Below the pieces are notes generated by a model that did not search any database, had not been told where the DNA came from, and saw nothing but the letters and a program-made list of their open reading frames with translations. The translations under genes were made by a program, and so were the position numbers. From Paecilomyces variotii (Eukaryota): DNA of 64,000 nt. Each line of letters starts with the position of its first letter. The first letter of the stretch is position 1. The stretch lies in assembly GCA_004022145.1 (NCBI GenBank), contig RCNU01000004.1; one strand, written 5' to 3'. Below are positions 1-14,300 of this stretch, piece by piece.

Positions 1-2264
1 GGCCGACTATGAATGCTGAAAACACTATAGGTAGAGGAAGATTACCTATTGTTGTTTGGTTCTCACTTGGCCAAGTACGGAACCGCCGCCGCAAACAACC
101 AGACAGCAGCATAAACTGTTTCATTCGAACCAAGTTTTACCATTCTCTGATAGTTTCTTGGTTATGCTACAATGCATCCGCTGCACGAGGACCTCATCCA
201 CCATGTTATTGACCCAGGAACCCTCCAATAGTCGGCGATGAGACCTACGAGGCCAGGAACAAAACCCATCTGCAGATTGGTCAATGGCGGTCCATCACGG
301 AACGATCACGATAATCATACTTGGTTCGGGTTCAATCAGGAATCCGAAAACGGTATCCAACAACGAGATGGATAGTACATCAAGGCCAAAGTCTATGTCT
401 CTGGGCCGTCTAAGCATTGAGCGCTCTCCCAGCGTCAGACGGTCAATAGAACGGACGGATCCTGCAGAATCCGAGTCCTCCGTGTTCGATGCTTCAACTG
501 AAAGTGAGAGAGCATAATCCACACTAGTAATGCTACAAAGTTAGTAGGTGGCCAAGCCTCGGGAGCAGGAAAGCTAGGGAGGTCGCTAATTTAGAGTCCG
601 ATCGGTAGGGCGGCCATGGCCAGATGCAAGGGCGCTGTCGGCTATCGTCTCCTTTGTAGTCTTATCGTCAGACCGCCGCCCGAATATACGATCGGAGGCG
701 TTAAAAGCTGAGATATAGCCTTAACAAGTGGCAGCAATCGCGGGTTGACACATCTGCCAACACGATCATGGGGCGCCATGCTAGTCAGACACAGTTGTCG
801 TGCAAATACGAGTAGGAGACGAAGGATCTCCAAGTCCATCCAACTCGACCCGCTTCCGGCACAGGCACGATCAACACAGCCATCAACAACAGACGATCTG
901 GAGTCCAGCTTCTAAAGGACGCTTGATCTGGCTAGAGACATCATATGGCCTTATTCATGGAAGTCAGCTCCGCCAAGACGTCTCTTTCTCTTACCATCTT
1001 CAAAAGCGGAACAGCAAATCGTCTTACTCTAAATCTTCGATATATCTAATCTTCATCTTTAGTAGGAGGGATGTTGAAGAGAGCGCGACAAACGCCATCT
1101 ACGCCTCTCTAGACAGGCAGAACCTTGCATTGTTCAACCCTATTCTGAGTCGGATTACCAAATCCAAACAACACACTCGATATGTTTAGTAGTAGTGACT
1201 TGCTCCCTTTCTTCCCTAGTTAGTTACTGGGAACGGCCAGCGGATGATTCCCACCGACCAATACCTGATCTGCGCCCCACTGAAGTCGATCATTGACCCC
1301 AATCTCCCTTTCCGGAGAGGACTATTTTTGAAAACAGGAACATACGATAATCCCATTGTCACTGGATCCAAGCAGACGATAGAGATTCTGTGTTCATCTT
1401 GTGCGCAAACATTCCTTCCAAGAACTAAGTGCATAATTTGGCACGCGATATCAGGACTGAATCGTCACCTGTTGCAACTTCATCTTTAACTATCAACGAA
1501 GGATCTGTTTATGAAGAATTTCCGACCCACTAGAAAAGGGCATACTGTACTGTTTTTTTATTCTGCAGCACACGCAATATGCAATGATCGACGCCCCGGT
1601 AGAGTGGCTCTATGAACGCAGAAAAAAATGATGCAGCAGATTGTGGGGGGTCTACTTAGATATTTACCATAATCAGTAACAGGAATATTGTATTTGAGTG
1701 AAAAAGCCTACTTTTTACTTATGCACTATGATGAAAACAAAATATCTCCAGCGGCTGTTGTACGGTTCGTATTTTGTGATTTCTAATATGAATGTGCTTC
1801 TAGAACTCTTCTGCGAATACGAGTGATCATTGGACAGGAAGATACTTGCACGGATCAAATTGCATGACAACACCATCCAAACCGCTTGTGCCGTTCCGTT
1901 CTCTCAGTACAGCTGTTGATACAGCAACCACAGAGGTTGAAAGGGGTTGCTCTAGTCAATTGATATCTGATATCATATTGTCTGCTGCAGTTATACGCGG
2001 ACGACATAACTCGATGAAGATCATAAACAGGAAATATAGATCTACCCCATGTGACGATATGTACACCTTTTAATCCATGCAAAAATAGGTTACCTCGAAT
2101 TATAAGCTTGGCTGCGTTCTCATGCGGTCAAGGAGGACATCACAGATGTCATAATCGGCATTTTCCCGACAGGAAGGAAATTAGTAATTCCAACTCCATC
2201 TTTTCTCCCTCCCTCTGTCTATCCCTCCCTCTCTCTCTGAGGTGAAAGCACGCAACGAAGGAAA

Positions 2265-3687
2265 TCAATAGGGGAAATCGGCAGGGGTCAACGACCAAGA
2301 CTCGAAAGGCACACCGCGCAGCTTCTTTGCCCTGATGTCTGAATAGATCTTCGGCTCGAAATCACATACAGATGCATATTGCACGATAAGCTCGCGCCAG
2401 TAGCACGCCTCGGCGGCCGGTGTGAGATAGCGATCGCGGAAGGTCTGCACGGAATTCTGCGCGATCCGCTCCGCCACCTCCGGGTGGTCGATTAGATATC
2501 TCATCTTGTCATCTAGGTCCGAGAAATCGCGCTCGACTTCGACAAAGTTGGCCTCTGGACCGGATGCTACGAGCGCCCCGTGGTGGATTTCCCGCCATTC
2601 AAGCTTATGAGCCACCATCACGGACCGGCAGTTCTGGAGATACTTCCCTCGCCCAGAGAAACTTCGTCCTTCAGTGTGCATGAGGAACATGTACCGGCAG
2701 TGATCTTCCATTGGAATCACCTCTTTGCGGAGATGCTCCTCGTTGTTCCAGTCGATGGTGTGCACACTGGCCCAGCTCTTCTTCTCCGTCATTTTCATGA
2801 GTTGACCACGCAGCTCTGGTGCCGTGGCAGTGGTACCGCGCCAAAACAGCTGTTTCTTCTTCCTGTGGAAGTCGATCCCACGCTGCGACCTGCCATCAAT
2901 GGCTATGCCATCATCTACCGCGATGATCCGTCGACGGATGTCCCAGTACGGTCCCACGTTGACCTCTGGCCAGGACCAGTAGGCAAAGTCGGGCATCAGC
3001 CAGACATTCTCCTCGCTGTCCCGCTTCGAGTATGCAAAGATCGGCCCAGGCCAGGACGGTGCGTAATCCTCGGTCATGAAGATGAACTCAGCACTGCGAA
3101 GGTCATGTCGGTTCGGTATAGATCTCAATGCGCGGTAGATCGCACTGAGGGTGGCCCGACCGCGTGAATATGTTACAGGGTTGTAGTTGAAGTCCACAAC
3201 ATAAAGCTTGGAAAAAAGACATGTTAGTCAAGTCCATAGCATAAAGAACCGGGCCCCAAGCAGTCTCAAGAGAAGCACCAACCTCGCCCTGGTGAACGAT
3301 CACTCTGACCATTCCCTCCCCGACCTTCTTCGAATTCAATTCCTTCGCTGTAATGGGCTTATCCTTCCTCGCCGCGACCGACTTTTCGATTTCGACAAAC
3401 AGTTTGGGGAACGCGATCCGGCATTGTTCGCGCGACAACCCATAATCCTCCGCATCGCGAGCGGGCACAAACTCCCATTTTCCATCGTTCGTCTCCGGAG
3501 ACGACAGCGGCGACGATGGCGGATCAATGTGCTGCTGCTGGACACATTCTGAAGCGGGCCGTTTCAACACATAGTTCACTACGTCATCGGCATTGCGACT
3601 GTGGAAGACGAGGAATGCGACGACAAGCAGGAACAGGATCGAACCAACTGTGACTGAGCGACCGCGGGGTTGTAGAGGAATGAGCAT
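2265..3687 (-). CDS. Glycosyltransferase family 90 (CAP10/KDELC-like), type II membrane protein; 2 exons (3687-3283, 3206-2265)
   Basis: N-terminal TM anchor (ILFLLVVAFLVF); motifs WLMPDFAYWSW, KLFWRG-like QLFWRG, EDHCRYMFLMHTEGRSFSGRGKYL; GT..CTAAC..AG intron 3282-3207 joins the two ORFs in frame. Confidence 0.9.
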
Positions 3688-4699
3688 CGCTCTGATTCGT
3701 CCTGGGTGTGAAACGGAATGGGCATAGAATGTCTCAAAAGCTGCTGGGTTGTCTCTGAGATGGTCTCAGGATAAGGGCCGATAAACGCAAGAAGACCTCA
3801 GATCGCGTCCCGCATGTCCTGGCGCGGAATTGTTCGCCGTCAGCGAGATGAGGGGGAACCGGGAGTCGTAAACCACGCGAGATGGCGTTTTCCCACGATC
3901 ATGCCCACGTGTATGTCCTTTTTTTGCGTGAGAGAAGAAGACGTCAAGGGCGAACACGCTTGGCAGAGGCTGGTGGTTCTGTTGATCGTCGATTCAGTGC
4001 GGCCGAGTTCATGCGCCGTGATTCGCCCTTCAGGCTCTCAGCGTCGGCACCAAGTGGAGGATTCCCACTCGGAGAGAGATTGTGACGTTCACTCGGGCTT
4101 TATTTAGTATAATAATAGATTATTAAATGATGGACGCTTCTGTCTATATCGGCTTACAGCGGGATTCCTCGCATTAAACCAGCCAGTGCTGCTGTGGATA
4201 TCTACCAACTAACAGACTTCAGCACTGTTTGCAATACGACACATTGATAAGCTAGGTTGCCAGAAGCGTTTCGATCAAGATTTCATTGATAAACGTTTGT
4301 CTGTGCACTGTTGACTGAAACCAAGGCGGTAACAAACATAGAGATCACAAATGTAGGTCAAGATTATCAGTCATCGTCTTTCGGTTCTATGTAGTGTATC
4401 ATGAACAAAACAGGGCATGTCGAGTATATACATTTAGATGGATAGTCGTGGACGACAAGGTAGTTAGTTTGCAGGGGGTATCTCAAATAAATGGCAGAAT
4501 AACGAAGGGAGTCCCGTCTCACCGGTCGATACGGCAAATGGTAGGAATAAGAAGACAAATAGAACGAACGGGTAAAACGAAAAGCGGATGAGTACAAGTT
4601 TTCAGGATTAAACAAGGCATGTATACGTTAGTCAGATCATCCAGCCATCAGAAGATACGAATCAGCAAGCAAAGATGCAGCGATGAGAGACAGGCATTA

Positions 4700-7600
4700 T
4701 CAGCCGTCATCGTTACCATGTCCGCTGCTGCCATTGCCACTGAAGTAGCTTTGGTCAATCTTGAGGATCCATTCGACCTTCTGTGTCTCAGAGCGCGCTG
4801 CGAAGAGGAACGTGTTCTGAGTGCCGTAGACCGCAAAGATATTAGGACGGCCTCGTACCGACACTCCACTGTCTGCGCCAGCACCCGATCCATCCAGAAG
4901 TCGAGCGAAGTCTGGCGCATGGTCGACGCGGGAATTCCGCAGGTTGATTGCATTAATCTCGTCGCCTTCAGGAACCGAATGGACGTGAAGATATGGCCGA
5001 CGCAATTCGACGAACCTCCTCACCCAGAGACTATTGGTGTCGTCTGGGGTCAACAAGTAGCCGGATTTCAGAACAGAAGGATTCTTGGGGATATGTTGGA
5101 TAGTGGCCACGAAGCGAGGTTTCGCAGAGCTGTCCTCAGATCTTACACTGGTGGTATCAGGCGTGGAAGACTCCTTCGTCCGCTTCGCAAAAGCCGCGCC
5201 TCCAGCAGGTGGCTCAAGGTTACTCTTCACCAGGATAATCTCCGTGGGATCTTTCTTCGTTGACCAAAGATCCAAGTATTTCCGAAGCAGTTTGACTTTG
5301 CGTTCTGTAAGTTCCTGGCTCCGCAGAGGCGTTGACCTGCCACTGCCCCTTGAAGGCGAGGTAAGGCTGCCAGCGCTTAATGCACCCCGGGCAGCATCCA
5401 GCTCGGCAGCACGCTGCCGCCGTTTGCGCGTCGCGATAAAGTCTCGCACTAGAGAAACCTTGCGTGGAGCCCAGTTCGTCAGCAGCTCCTGGCCCTTCAC
5501 ATAGTCATTCTGCGTATTCATGCGCCAGAGGTCAGCCGCTCGCTTGGCAGACACTGGACGGACGGCAACCGAGAACATGCCGACGGTCGAATGTACAACC
5601 CGCGTCGAGTTCCAGAATTGCTTGAACATGGACTGTGGGCGGACATAGGTCCGACCCTGAATCTGCAGCGTCTGGTCGAGTGCAAAGACCATTGGATCTT
5701 GTAGACGAGAAGAAACCAGGTCCCAACGCAAAGTAATCTGTACGCGGTACTTGTCGGCTGTAGTGCGGTCGAGGAGTAAAGAACCGTGCAGACTCGAGTC
5801 CCACTGGCCAATTATAGTCACATTGGATGTCCCGTCGGCGTTGTCCTTGATCATCGGCTCTTGTATCAATTTCAATGGAATATCTGGTGTCTGATCATGA
5901 TCAGGAACCTTGCCCCAAGGGTCAAGAAGCCGGACCGATCCCACTCGAATATTCGTTAAATCATCCCAAGGGAGACTCTCCGTTGAGCTGTGAGTTAGGT
6001 TAATGACAATACGACGTTGCAGTCCTTGGTGGAGCTGGTAGGTCCCCGCATCGAGGCTGCTGGTCTGCACCACTTCAACGGGTAGATACTCTCCATTCTC
6101 CGCTAGCTCCAAGATCTGGATACGTGCAAACACATCATGCCTCTCTTCGGAGTAGTACTCGCTCTCAGCAATCCGGGGAGTTTTTCGTTTCTGGGGCTTG
6201 TCATCGGCGGCATCACGCATGTCGTCCCAGCTAAGAAGCATATCCAGATGCATCTGTGTAACACGAGCATAGATACAGACCTTGAGAGATGCTGTGCGAG
6301 GACTGGAAAGAGGTAAGCTCATGCTGTGCACACTCTCAAACAGTACAGGATTCTCATCAAATCCGCTTATCATCTGGGTTGTTGTGGCACCTCCTTCTTC
6401 AGATACACCCGGGACGAACAGTTGCGCATGCACATCGGTACCTTCTCGCTCGGCGAACCCGACCATGTCCCGCATGACAACATTGAACTTGAGGGTAGAC
6501 GAGGGTGCCTCAGCGGAGGATGGCTCGAGCGAAAGCCGGATGATGCCAATGACACTGTGGGTATACGGAGATATCACTTCTACGGAAAAGTCTTGGACGC
6601 GGGTCTCAAACACAGCAGTGAGCGGAACGTCAGCATCTCCAACGAGAGAGTACTGAGGAGAACATGTCTCCGAGAACGGGTTCTCGAGTTTGAAATGTTG
6701 GATATAGTCCGGCCGGTCTATGTATTGATGCAGTTGTCGCATGGCTTGAACGCGGCGCTGGAGTTTTTCGAGGGACCATAGGTGAATGACACTATGCTTG
6801 AAGTCGATTACTCGAACTCCTACACAAGGCTTCTTCGCATCATCCAACGCGACATCATCGTCTCCCGCGATGCCATTCAAGACTAGATCATAAGACGAAA
6901 CCATATTATGACCCTCGTCGACAATGGCAAACTGGAAGACGACATTTTTATCCATGATCTGGCTCATGACCTGAGCCTCTTTGAGCAAGGACGCATGTTG
7001 AAGGATTGCTTCGGCTATGCGAACATAGTTGCGCTGGGACCAATGCCGAAAAACAGACTTGGCAATCTCAATCTCTTCTGGCTCGAGTCTAGCGAAACCG
7101 TTCTCATAGATCTTCGGAATAGGTTTCCCCATCTCTTTGATTTGCGACTCGAATGCTGCTTTCTGCTTTTCCAATTCTTGCTGGAATTCTTCCTTGGCGA
7201 TGCGCAGAGCTTCTTCCATGCGAACTTTCTCCTGCCTCAACTCGTCCACGTCCTGTGTCGAAGAAGCCTCTGCATTTCTGAGCTTCTCCTGGTATTCTCC
7301 TTTTTGTTTGTCTAATTGACGCTGCATATCATCACGAGCTATCTGCAAAGCAGAGTCGCTCTCTCCGTTCTCCGAGTCTCCATTCTGGCGAGGAGTGCCA
7401 GGCATGGTAATCGCAGTGTCCAAGGAAAAGTTATCAATCGTCCCATTGGACATGTACTTATCACGAACGGGAAATGAACTGAGCGAATCCGAGTCTTCCT
7501 CATTGTCCGCGAGCCCCCGACGTACTGCTCTCACTTTCTGCACATCCTCGAAGAGAGCGTCCAGCTCATCATCAGTGAGATGAGATATTTTCTGGTCTGG

Positions 7601-9690
7601 CCCGAGAATTGCACTAACGGCTTCTCGGCGAGCATAGAACCAGTCATTATCCCGACTGCGATGAGATGGCAAGGGAGAGTCGGCTCTAGTGGAATCGCCA
7701 TCGACATCGGATCCCGTCTTGCTTATTGACCGATCGTGGCCCTTAGCAGGAGCAGGCGATCCTAGCTGGCTTGTAGTGACGGAGTGACGCAGCAGGCTCT
7801 GTTCCACTCTTTCGGCACGAGCTTCCTGCGGATGATTGAAGCGAAAGATGTGAAAGTCTCCCAGGATGATACGGTAACCACTTCGGAGTCGCGTTGGCTT
7901 GTCGATGCGGAGACCGTTGACCATAACCGCAGCGCCCTCGCTGGGTACAATGGTGACGACATTGTCGACATTCTCAAAGGTACAATGATGATGTAGAATT
8001 TTTGAACCGTTCAACCGAATCTCAGAAGATTTAGCCGTATCTACGTTGCCGACAGTCGTCGTTCCTGGTTTGATATTGTAGACTAAGCACTCAGCCAGCA
8101 GCGGATCGTCACTCAGGTTGACCAAGTGCGGCGTCTTCTTAGGTGTGCTCAGACCGACGAACCCTTTTTCGATGCTGATACCCAGTTCCTCAAGCGCAGC
8201 CTCACGTTCCTTGTGAATTTCCTCCGTCTTCTGTAGCTTTTCCTCCCACGTCTGGTTGAGATCCTTGTACAGTTTCTCACTCTGGTTCAATTGCTCAACA
8301 ATCTCCGCCTTGGTGACTTTCTTGACACTACCGTCCGGTTGGGCAATGGACACTATTTGCTTTTCCAAAGGAGTGTCCGGCGGGTAGTATTCCTCAGCTG
8401 GAACACCACCAGCCGCTACCGCACCACCTGCTGCCGCGCCGCCTCCCAGTTTGCTTCTGAGTTGAGCCAATTCCTCCTTGAGTTCCCGGATCATGCGCGC
8501 ATTGGGATCTTCGTTGACGACTGCATGGTTCTTAATTCTCTTGGCGGAGTCTGCATATCGCAGGGTACTGAGCGTCTCCTCGAAGTTGATATCTGCGGGC
8601 GATATTGCTGCAATCATTGCAGTCATAGAATTACCACCCAAAGAATCTTTAAGCAGCCATGTCAGAATCGAATCTCGATACGGAACCATAGATGCGTTCT
8701 TCTTTTTGCCCGCAGAAAGATCGGCCAGTGCAGCGATAACACGACCAAGCGTTGAGAGGGAACGATTAATTTCCGCTCCTTCTTTCAGTCGAGCACCTGT
8801 AGCACCTGTAGATGTCGCTCTTTCGGAACCTGCCAAATCAACCAGACTGATCCTAGAAACCTTTTCCGTATCCATTGTCGTCTCGGCATCGTGTCGTTTT
8901 TGGGTGAGAGTAAGGGTGAAGACCGCATGAGATCGACTGGAGGTTTCGTTCATGTTGGTGGCGGCCACGGTTCTGGCCTTGTTACCTTCGTCCATGAGAT
9001 TCTCGATTTCCTGGAACGATCGTACCACCAGCTTTGCGAGATCTTCGACATATGGACCGGTCGATGGATGCTCGCGAACCTTCAAGTTCCCTTTCGTCGA
9101 CGGGTTCAGAAGATCCCGGACTCTTTCGTTGTAGATCTCCAGGTAGGAAACCTCCACCGTGCACGTCAGGTTCTTATCTTCTTGAAGCTTCGCTATCCGT
9201 TGGAACATGTTTTGGCAGATCTTGGGAATCACACCGTATTCCTGTCCATAACCCATCATCGAATATGACTTTCCTGAACCGGTCTGACCATATGCGAAGA
9301 TACAGTTATTGTACCCTTGAAAGGCATTGTCCAAGAGTGGCAGACCCAAGTCATTGAAGAGGTGCTCCTGTCCGGCATAATTCGGGTCTTTCTTATCGAA
9401 CGACCAGTAGGATCTATCGAATGCGAACGCCTTGGGCCCCTCGGGAGCACCTTTCATACCTCCCTTACGGAGTTTCTCATCGGCGCCAGGTGGTGGGGTG
9501 AGAACCGTCTGGTTCCCTTTCATCTGAACGATACATTTTGCCCTTCTCTCGACCTCTGAATTAGAAAAAGGGAGTCCCGTCAGTTCCGTGAAGCGCAAAG
9601 CATGATTTTCTGCCAATCCTACTAACCTCGACTATTGAACGGCCTCACTCTCACCACCACCTTGATATTTCCTCCTCCGCCTGGAGCCAT
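4700..9690 (-). CDS. uncA: Kinesin-3 (Unc104/KIF1A family) motor with FHA and C-terminal PH domains; exons 9690-9627 and 9555-4700 (~1639 aa)
   Basis: True start MAPGGGGNIKVVVRVRPF; P-loop GQTGSGKS, NETSSRSH, LVDLAGSER, PYRDS; FHA-like RIILGDFHIFRFNHP; PH-like C-terminus; intron GTTAGT..CTAAT..CAG. Confidence 0.97.
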
Positions 9691-11221
9691 GTTTAATTGC
9701 GCCCCATAAACTCAGGAACCCGCCACAGACTCCACGTCCTTGTCCGCTTTCCGGCGCGCGGAAGCGGTCACAGCCGGAAAGGCCAGCTGCGAACGCCGCA
9801 GTGAGCGTCGCCTCGAGACGGACAGCAATCAGACTCGTGAGGTGCGATTCCTTGCTGTCAGGCTGGCTTCTCTCTCGACCTCCGTCGCTATACCGTATGC
9901 TTGTAGAACCGTGCCGGAGGTCAACAGAAGCGTCATGTATGTGCAGCGAGCGTTTGGCGCGTCTGAAGTTGACGATGGGGAAAGATCAGCCCGTGACAAA
10001 GTATCGGCTTGTCGAACGTCTTCCACCGAACGGACCCGTGGAAACGAGATGTCCAGAACGCGTGGAGTGGAATGCGGCGGTGTTGCTTAATCTCGGAACT
10101 CAGTCCTCTGTCCAGGCACGGCGGAAAAGCCACATGAGGCCGAAGCGCGGCCGTCCTGATTAGATAAGCTACCAGCTTGGGCGCAACAGTGCGACAGAAC
10201 ACCACAACATGGGAAACTGGTTCAGATATTGTGTTGTTCTATATCATTCGGGATTGATGCTTGCCAGGGTGGTCTTATCTTATTGATTCTGTCTACACGG
10301 TTATCGGAAACTGTCAATGTTGTTTCGAGGGGCGGTAACAGCCACGACCACTGGTAGTTATTGCGCCACACGCTAAAACATCCCACGCCCTATCAGAACA
10401 GCCTTAAGACATTATTCATACAAGGGCATGTCCTTTCGAGGTCAGAGTGCTCTATATCATCGCTGTAAACAGATGTTTTGAGACTTGTCCGTCCCAGGGA
10501 TCGTTCCGCATCGGGCCCCATTGCGGGGGCGCGTACCGCGGGACGAGTGTTGACTGTTACCAGAGTTCGTGCAACAAGCGAATCAGTTAAATTGGAGAAA
10601 GAATCATCGTCTGGTCAGTGTGTTGTTCAATTCTCCATTTAACTACGTAATATATCACAGTGTACGGTTTGTATAAATATAAATTGGCTAATTACGAATC
10701 CCATCAATGAAAGCTACGGGGTAATGTGTTAGTATAAAATGCCTCCACATGAGACAGATGCTACAGCTCAAAAGATCCATTCGCTCTCCCATAGTCAGCC
10801 AAGAATCGAGTCAAATAAATCAATTTGGAACGAGTATGGCCATATTATTGAAGCCAGGAGTAACACCTGCGAGTTCCGCTACTAGCAGATGATAACTATG
10901 TTTCGGTGAACTTGCAGACGCAGACTATCTTAGTTCACCCCACTGATCCTGGCAAGAGAAGACTCGGACATTCACTATTCCTTATCCAGAACTCTCATCG
11001 AAACTCGTAGAAAATATATTGATAACATTCTGAGAACTTCAAGCTTCTACCACAGATAACGAGCACACGCGAAGCTAAGCTAGCAAAGTCCGTAACTTGT
11101 AAAACGTTCCGCACAGAACAGGCCAATTCGGGAGTATGTATAGTTAAGACCCTACAACCCGTTTTTGGAATACTACATGTGACATGGTGAATCGATGAGG
11201 GGAAAATGTCGGCAGTTGATT

Positions 11222-11313
11222 GGGCTTGTAACTCAGTGGTAGAGTGCCACATTTGCATGTATCAATACACACAGAAATTGTGGAAGTCGGGGTTTCGACT
11301 ACCCCCAAGTCCA
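11222..11313 (+). tRNA. tRNA-Ala(TGC) with 20-nt intron (11258-11277)
   Basis: Acceptor stem GGGCTTG/CAAGTCC with G3:U70 Ala determinant; D-arm ACTC/GAGT; anticodon stem CCACA/TGTGG with TGC; T-arm GGGGT-TTCGACT-ACCCC; T-run Pol III terminator follows. Confidence 0.93.
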
Positions 11314-14300
11314 ATTTTTTTATCCTGCATATACCTCCCGCCTATCTTGATAAGGCTCTCGTCTGAGATCCTTTGCGTGATATTCAGTGATGATGTTTTT
11401 TTCTTTTTTTTTTTTTTTTTTCGGTGACTTTGAATCTGTAAGCAATATCCCTAGTCTAACCCCTTTCTCCTGGCGTCAGAACAATAGTGGCCGTCGTCTC
11501 CATAACAGACGATGAAGGAATTACAGGTGAGAAATGCAGCTATCCAAGCTTCTAGTACAAGAAGCAGCAGACAAGTAGAATAGTCGACTGGAAGAATAAA
11601 ATTAAACCCAAAAAAACGTATCCTTCCGTTGAGAGCTGAATCTTGGATTGTAAAGTAGCTCTTATTTTTTTTTTTTATATGACCAGAGAACTAAGTACAG
11701 TGTACTTACTATATTCCCTTCCACGATCAGCATTTCGATTATAAACTCGAGATAGGCGAATTTCTCCTGCTTCGGTACAGATTGACTCTGGCGGACGAGA
11801 ACGCTAAATTGAAGGCATTCACGAACAGTGCGCGTCTGCAGATACGATTCTATGTCACTCTATCAGTATCTACCGCGTTTTGGAAATCGGGGTACTTAGA
11901 AGGGGACGAGCGAGAATGACAAGCGTAGAAGTTTCCTTTCGGGGAAATAAATAATAAATAATAGCTAACCTTGTTGTTGAACATATCATTAAGTAATTCG
12001 ATCCAACGATTTCCCGCTCACAAGCAATGTCAAAATTAAAGAGGAATTTTCTTACTAGATCCTATGATGGAAGAAGGGGAATTCCTCCCTACGTACGTAC
12101 GTATGTACATACATAACCGAGAAAAGTAATTATATAGTACAGTACAGTTATCGCAACACCCGCACACCACCACTACCACCAAACACCATAACTAACAATA
12201 TTAAAAAAAAAAAAAAAACAAACAAACCCACTATATACCCAACCTCAACCCCTCCCTCCCTCCGCACTACTCTCCTCTAAAATACAAATCCCCCATTTTC
12301 TGCATGTCAGAACCCCCCTTCCGGCCCTATGATACCCCAGCCTGTAAGAAGCGAACAAGTCATAGTTTATATGCGGTTCCTTTGCTGCCCAACCAAACTG
12401 GCAATCTAATCTTGCAGGAAAGGAACCACAGTGTCGGAATCAAGGTTTTGTTGGTTTATCATTATATCGTTTGATTATTGGAACTGCATGTTAATTTCAG
12501 CCCTGGATGGGGTTATTGGGATCGCGTGAGAACTGTGAATAAAGTGGGGGGGAGGTGTGTGTGTGTTTTTGTTTCTTTCTTGGCTATCTGGAGGGGTTGG
12601 GCTTTTTTTGTTTTTGGATTCTTCTTTTTTGACTTCTTGTCCTTCTCTACCTTGCTCCTCGAACACTTTCTGCCTGAGATACCTGGAATATCGGGTTTGA
12701 ATTTCGTGTTTGCTCTCGAAATGAGGGATTTCGATCATTTTTCTTTTCTTGGTGGACCGGGGGGATCAAGCTATGGCTTCTACTCGATTAGGGGCATTTG
12801 TTCGATGGTCTCTGCCTCCTGCACGTAGTCACTGGCGAAGCGGGCTGTCATTTGGAGATAAAAAAAGGATGCGGAGATGGGCAGAGACCTGTTGCAGGAG
12901 TGAGTACTGGCTGCTATGATTCTGTTTATGGACTACAGATGAATCACTGCTGTCTAGGATGATATATATCCGATATTCAATCCCGCCTGCTTATCCTGCC
13001 CCCGAGAATCGCATCCAGGTCTAGAGACAGCCTCGGTTTTCAAGCTGTCTTCATTCTACTATCCCGGCCAGAGTCCTCATATACTCGCCCCTCAATGATC
13101 AGTGCGTTGGATGCTAAGAGCCATGCGGGATATCCTTCATGAGTATGCCCGAGGGATCTCTCCCTGAGCCTCATCCCGCACGTCCCACACCTGTATAGCG
13201 AGAAACGACGGACCGTGACCTCTACGAAGGCCGAGACAATGTCAGACGTGCGAAGAAAGGGGGAAGGACATACTTGCTGTCGCCACCGCACCAGGACAGA
13301 GTGATCAGCTGGGAAATACGGATCTCGGGCCCGAAGTCCATCACAGTGGAGCCTCGCTGGTATCACGCGCGGCATTATCCAGAGGGATATTTGGACGGAG
13401 CATTTGCGTCCGGGACGGCCACCTCCCATGACTGACGGTACACAGGACGCCGTAACCTAGTATGTCAACGTATACGGAGGTCGACCAAGAGACTTCACAC
13501 TCGGAGTGTCCGATGTAAGAACCAACAGTAGATGAAAGACGCCATCCACTGGCTTTGACAGCTCCGGCTGATAATCAGACGAGGCTGCTTCACCATTTCC
13601 AGGGAAACTGGGTATTATCCTCCCACTTAATCGTCGGAGCCAGGTGATAGCCAGAGCCGAGCACCTAATATACCAACAGGGGCATGTCAAGATGGGACGT
13701 AGATAGAAAGAGTTTTAGGAGTATAAAAAAGAATGATTCGTAGATGCTGTCAACCATCCATGACAGAACCACACATAGTCCACCCGTGAGGCTGCTTATT
13801 GGCGTCCCTTGCGCTCCCGCCTCATTTACCAGCGTATGAGACGTGGAACGGTGCCTGATCAGGCCGTTGAAGGCTTCTTCATCATCCATAGTTCCCGTCC
13901 TATCACGGCGTAGAAAGGGTTCTGTTGATGCTGATTGGGTATTCTCAAATGGGGCCAGTCAACTCAACTCAACCCATCTGGCAACAGCCTTCTTCCCATC
14001 TTCCGGAGCTAAGTCGACCTTGTCCAAGGCCAACGGATCCGATGGCAGTGAGGTCTCGACTCAGGTTAGAGAACTAGGTCCTGCGTTGTTTCTTGATCGA
14101 TTGCTGTCTGGCGTGGAAATCTAACTGCAATTGCCGTGAGGTGTCAATGTAGTAGAGAGCACAAGTCATCAACCTAGCGTACGCGAAGATCTTTGACAAG
14201 AGGTCTAACCGGGGCCGTATCACTCATCCGAACCTCCATAGCCCTACACCTTGCAAGCCACGTCAAGCAGACGTCTCAAGTGACAAGGGGTTGGATAAGC

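Noticed and set aside
1-1500. Short ORFs at the left edge, possibly gene remnants
   Set aside because: No recognisable motifs or consistent splice model
9556-9616. ORF-track N-terminus of the kinesin (MAENHALRF...)
   Set aside because: Lies in intron 1; the real start is at 9,690
10585-10644. Imperfect 14-bp inverted repeat
   Set aside because: AT-rich, has an indel and an unstructured loop; no TSD or other copies seen
12300-12430. H/ACA snoRNA reading of the hairpin region
   Set aside because: An ANANNA follows the hairpin, but there is no pseudouridylation pocket and no ACA directly after a second hairpin
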